A stretch of 64,000 nucleotides of DNA from contig CM060734.1 of the NCBI GenBank assembly GCA_030704615.1, positions 15,686,001 through 15,750,000 of the forward strand. The letters run 5' to 3'. The notes below the pieces were generated by a model. It worked only from the letters and a program-made list of their open reading frames with translations. It had not been told where the DNA came from and ran no database searches. The translations under genes and the position numbers were made by a program. Of the stretch, positions 61,701 to 64,000 are shown one piece after another. This DNA is from Takakia lepidozioides (Eukaryota; Plantae; Bryophyta). The stretch's first letter is position 1. Every line of letters starts with the position of its first letter.

Positions 61701-64000
61701 GGAGAAACATAGAAACATTTGAGCCAAAGAAAAGGAACTCATTCGTATCATAAGGTATCTAAATCTGACATAAGGCATCGGCTACATGGGACCGGCAAAC
61801 AAGAGTAATGTGCACTGACCGGATCATGTATGAGGTGTACACGTCTACTCCAGCAGGCTGTCGTACCAAGGCCTAGCTCCAAATTTCAGCATTCAGAAGC
61901 CCTATAGATGTTCTATCTGCTTATCTCAGGTACCTTCAGAGGGAAGATACTTATGTCTTGTCGAGACATGGACAAAGACCTGACAAGGTCATTGTAAAAT
62001 TAACGACAAATCAGCCTCATAACAAGGCATTATCAACCATTCTTCATTCACAAGTCAGATTTATGACAAATCCCAGACTTCAAAGTCAATGAAGTCTCTG
62101 GGTGGGGGGGGGGTGGGAAAAATTAGAGACTCGATTACCACTGTTCATAGTAGGAAACCATTGTTCACATGCTAAAAAGTGCCATTCAATGACATGCCTG
62201 TCATTAGTCCTAGTTTTTGGGTCAGCTTACATACCAAGGCATAACCAACCATCCTCATTTTTGTTGGCCCAAAAAACTATATAGTTTGGGTTTTCTTTGT
62301 ATCATTGGAACCTAGCCCATATTTTGGGTACCACATTTGTACAAAACCAATGGGGTAGGTTTTGGGCATGAAATTTTCTGCCATGGCACTGTGTCCATTG
62401 GCATTTTGACACAAACGAAGGTACATCAACACATACCTCAAAATGTAGAGTTTTTACCTTTAGGTTTATATATAAACTCTGGTGACCGGAAGAAGAGGCC
62501 AGTGAAGGACCCGCAATTCCCGGCTGTCAGCAAAGTAACAATCAGGAAAGAATCTTATATCAAACTTTAGTGTTTACCCACCACCTTGTTTTGGGTAAAA
62601 CAGTGGACAAAACCAGGGGGCAGGTATTGGGACTTAGGTAATGAAGTCTGGCAAGGGGTTTACCACCTGGTATTCAGACAAAACATCTACCAGCAGCATA
62701 TCAGAATTGGGTATTTTTTATGGTGCTATAAAGAGCAAAGCCATACAAGAGAAACATAGAAACATTTGAGCCAAAGAAAAGGAACTCATTCGTATCATAA
62801 GGTATCTAAATCTGACATAAGGCATCGGCTACATGGGACCGGGCAAACAAGAGTAATGTGCACTGACCGGATCATGTATGAGGTGTACACGTCTACCTCC
62901 AGCAGGCTGTCGTACCAAGGCCTAGCTCCAAATTCAGCATTCAGAAAGCCCTATAGATGTTCTATGCTTATCTCAGGTACCTTCAAGGATGCCTTACTCT
63001 CCATGCCCAATTAGCCAACATATTTTTGCTGGAGAAGATCTTACCTTATGAAGGACTTGCTTGCTCCACACCATGGTCTGGCGGTAGAGGAGGCTGATAT
63101 CTCATGGCTTTGGGCCTTCCCATTGCCTGTGGTTCATCACTTCAATCAGGAACATATTTGATAACCTTTTGTCATGCTCAGACCAAGGTGTTAGTAAATC
63201 AAAACATAAAACTGAAAACAGAAGGGAGATTGGTTGATGATGTGTACAAGACCACCAAGTACACCGGTCTAAATCAGAGAGGGAAGATACTTATGTCTTG
63301 TCGAGACATGGACAAAGACCTGACAAGGTCATTGTAAAATTAACGACAAATCAGCCTCAATACAAGGCATTATCAACCATTCTTCATTCACAAGTCAGAT
63401 TTATGACAAATCCCAGACTTCAAAGTCATGAGTCTCTGGGTGGGGGGGTGGGAAAATTAGAGACTCGATTACCACTGTTCATAGTAGGAACCATTGTTCA
63501 GCATGCTAAAAAGTGCCATTCATGACATGCCATGTCATTCAGTCTGTATTTTTTGGTCAGCTTACATACCAAGGCATAACCAACCATCCTCATTTATTGT
63601 GGCCCAAAACTAGTATAGTTTTTGGGTTTTGTATCATTGGACCTAGCCCATATTTTTTGGGTACCACATGTGTACAAAACCAATGGGGTTAGGTTTTAGG
63701 CAATGAATTTTTTTTCTGCCTTGGCATGTTCCAAGTTGGCAAGTTGTGACACAAACGAAGGTACATCAACACATACATCAAAATGTAGAGTTTTACCTTT
63801 TAGTTATATATAAGCTCTGGTGACCGGAAGAAGAGGCCAGTGAAGGAACCCTCAATTCCCGAGGTCATAAAGTAACAATCAGGAAAGAATCTTATATCAA
63901 ACTTTTAGTGTTACCCACCCCTTGTTTTGGGTAAAAATGTACAAAACCAAAGGGGGCAGGTATTGGGACTTAGGTAATGAAGTCTGGCAGGGGTTTACCA
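58752..64000 (+). repeat. ~1.345-kb tandem array, right block (continues past the window)
   Basis: Marker at 59080, 60428, 61773, 62820; one unit has a ~293-bp deletion at ~61938. Confidence 0.97.

Noticed and set aside
38164-64000. Array as rDNA/5S or telomere
   Set aside because: No rRNA, 5S or TTTAGGG sequence recognised in the unit

Overview
Eukaryotic, repeat-rich nuclear DNA, most likely a moss/bryophyte (inferred from the intron-rich plant gene and the TE types). One intact host gene is present: a 19-exon WD40-TPR-WD40 DCAF protein on the + strand (~21.74-34.64 kb; ASG2/WDTC1 orthologue, ending in the CaaX box CTQS). The first 20 kb is a mosaic of nested TE relics. It includes a CTCAAAAC/GTTTTGAG hairpin-repeat family ending in a canonical Helitron 3' terminus, an L1 zf-RVT fragment, and a coiled-coil+RING-H2 pseudogene whose 3' 1161 bp is duplicated almost exactly 9080 bp downstream. 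It also includes an apparent ~7-kb endonuclease-bearing Helitron relic (RPA-like OB-fold gene, OTU-like protease, C-terminal APE endonuclease, 3' hairpin) interrupted by a Ty3/Gypsy integrase-PHD-finger fragment. From 38.16 kb to the window end lies a near-homogeneous ~1.345-kb tandem array. It begins with a fold-back inversion (~600-bp arms) and is split by a 13.1-kb non-chromovirus Ty3/Gypsy element carrying extra 3' ORFs and a truncated 3' LTR. Some frameshifts look like long-read consensus noise. All calls come from reading motifs by eye; no searches were run.
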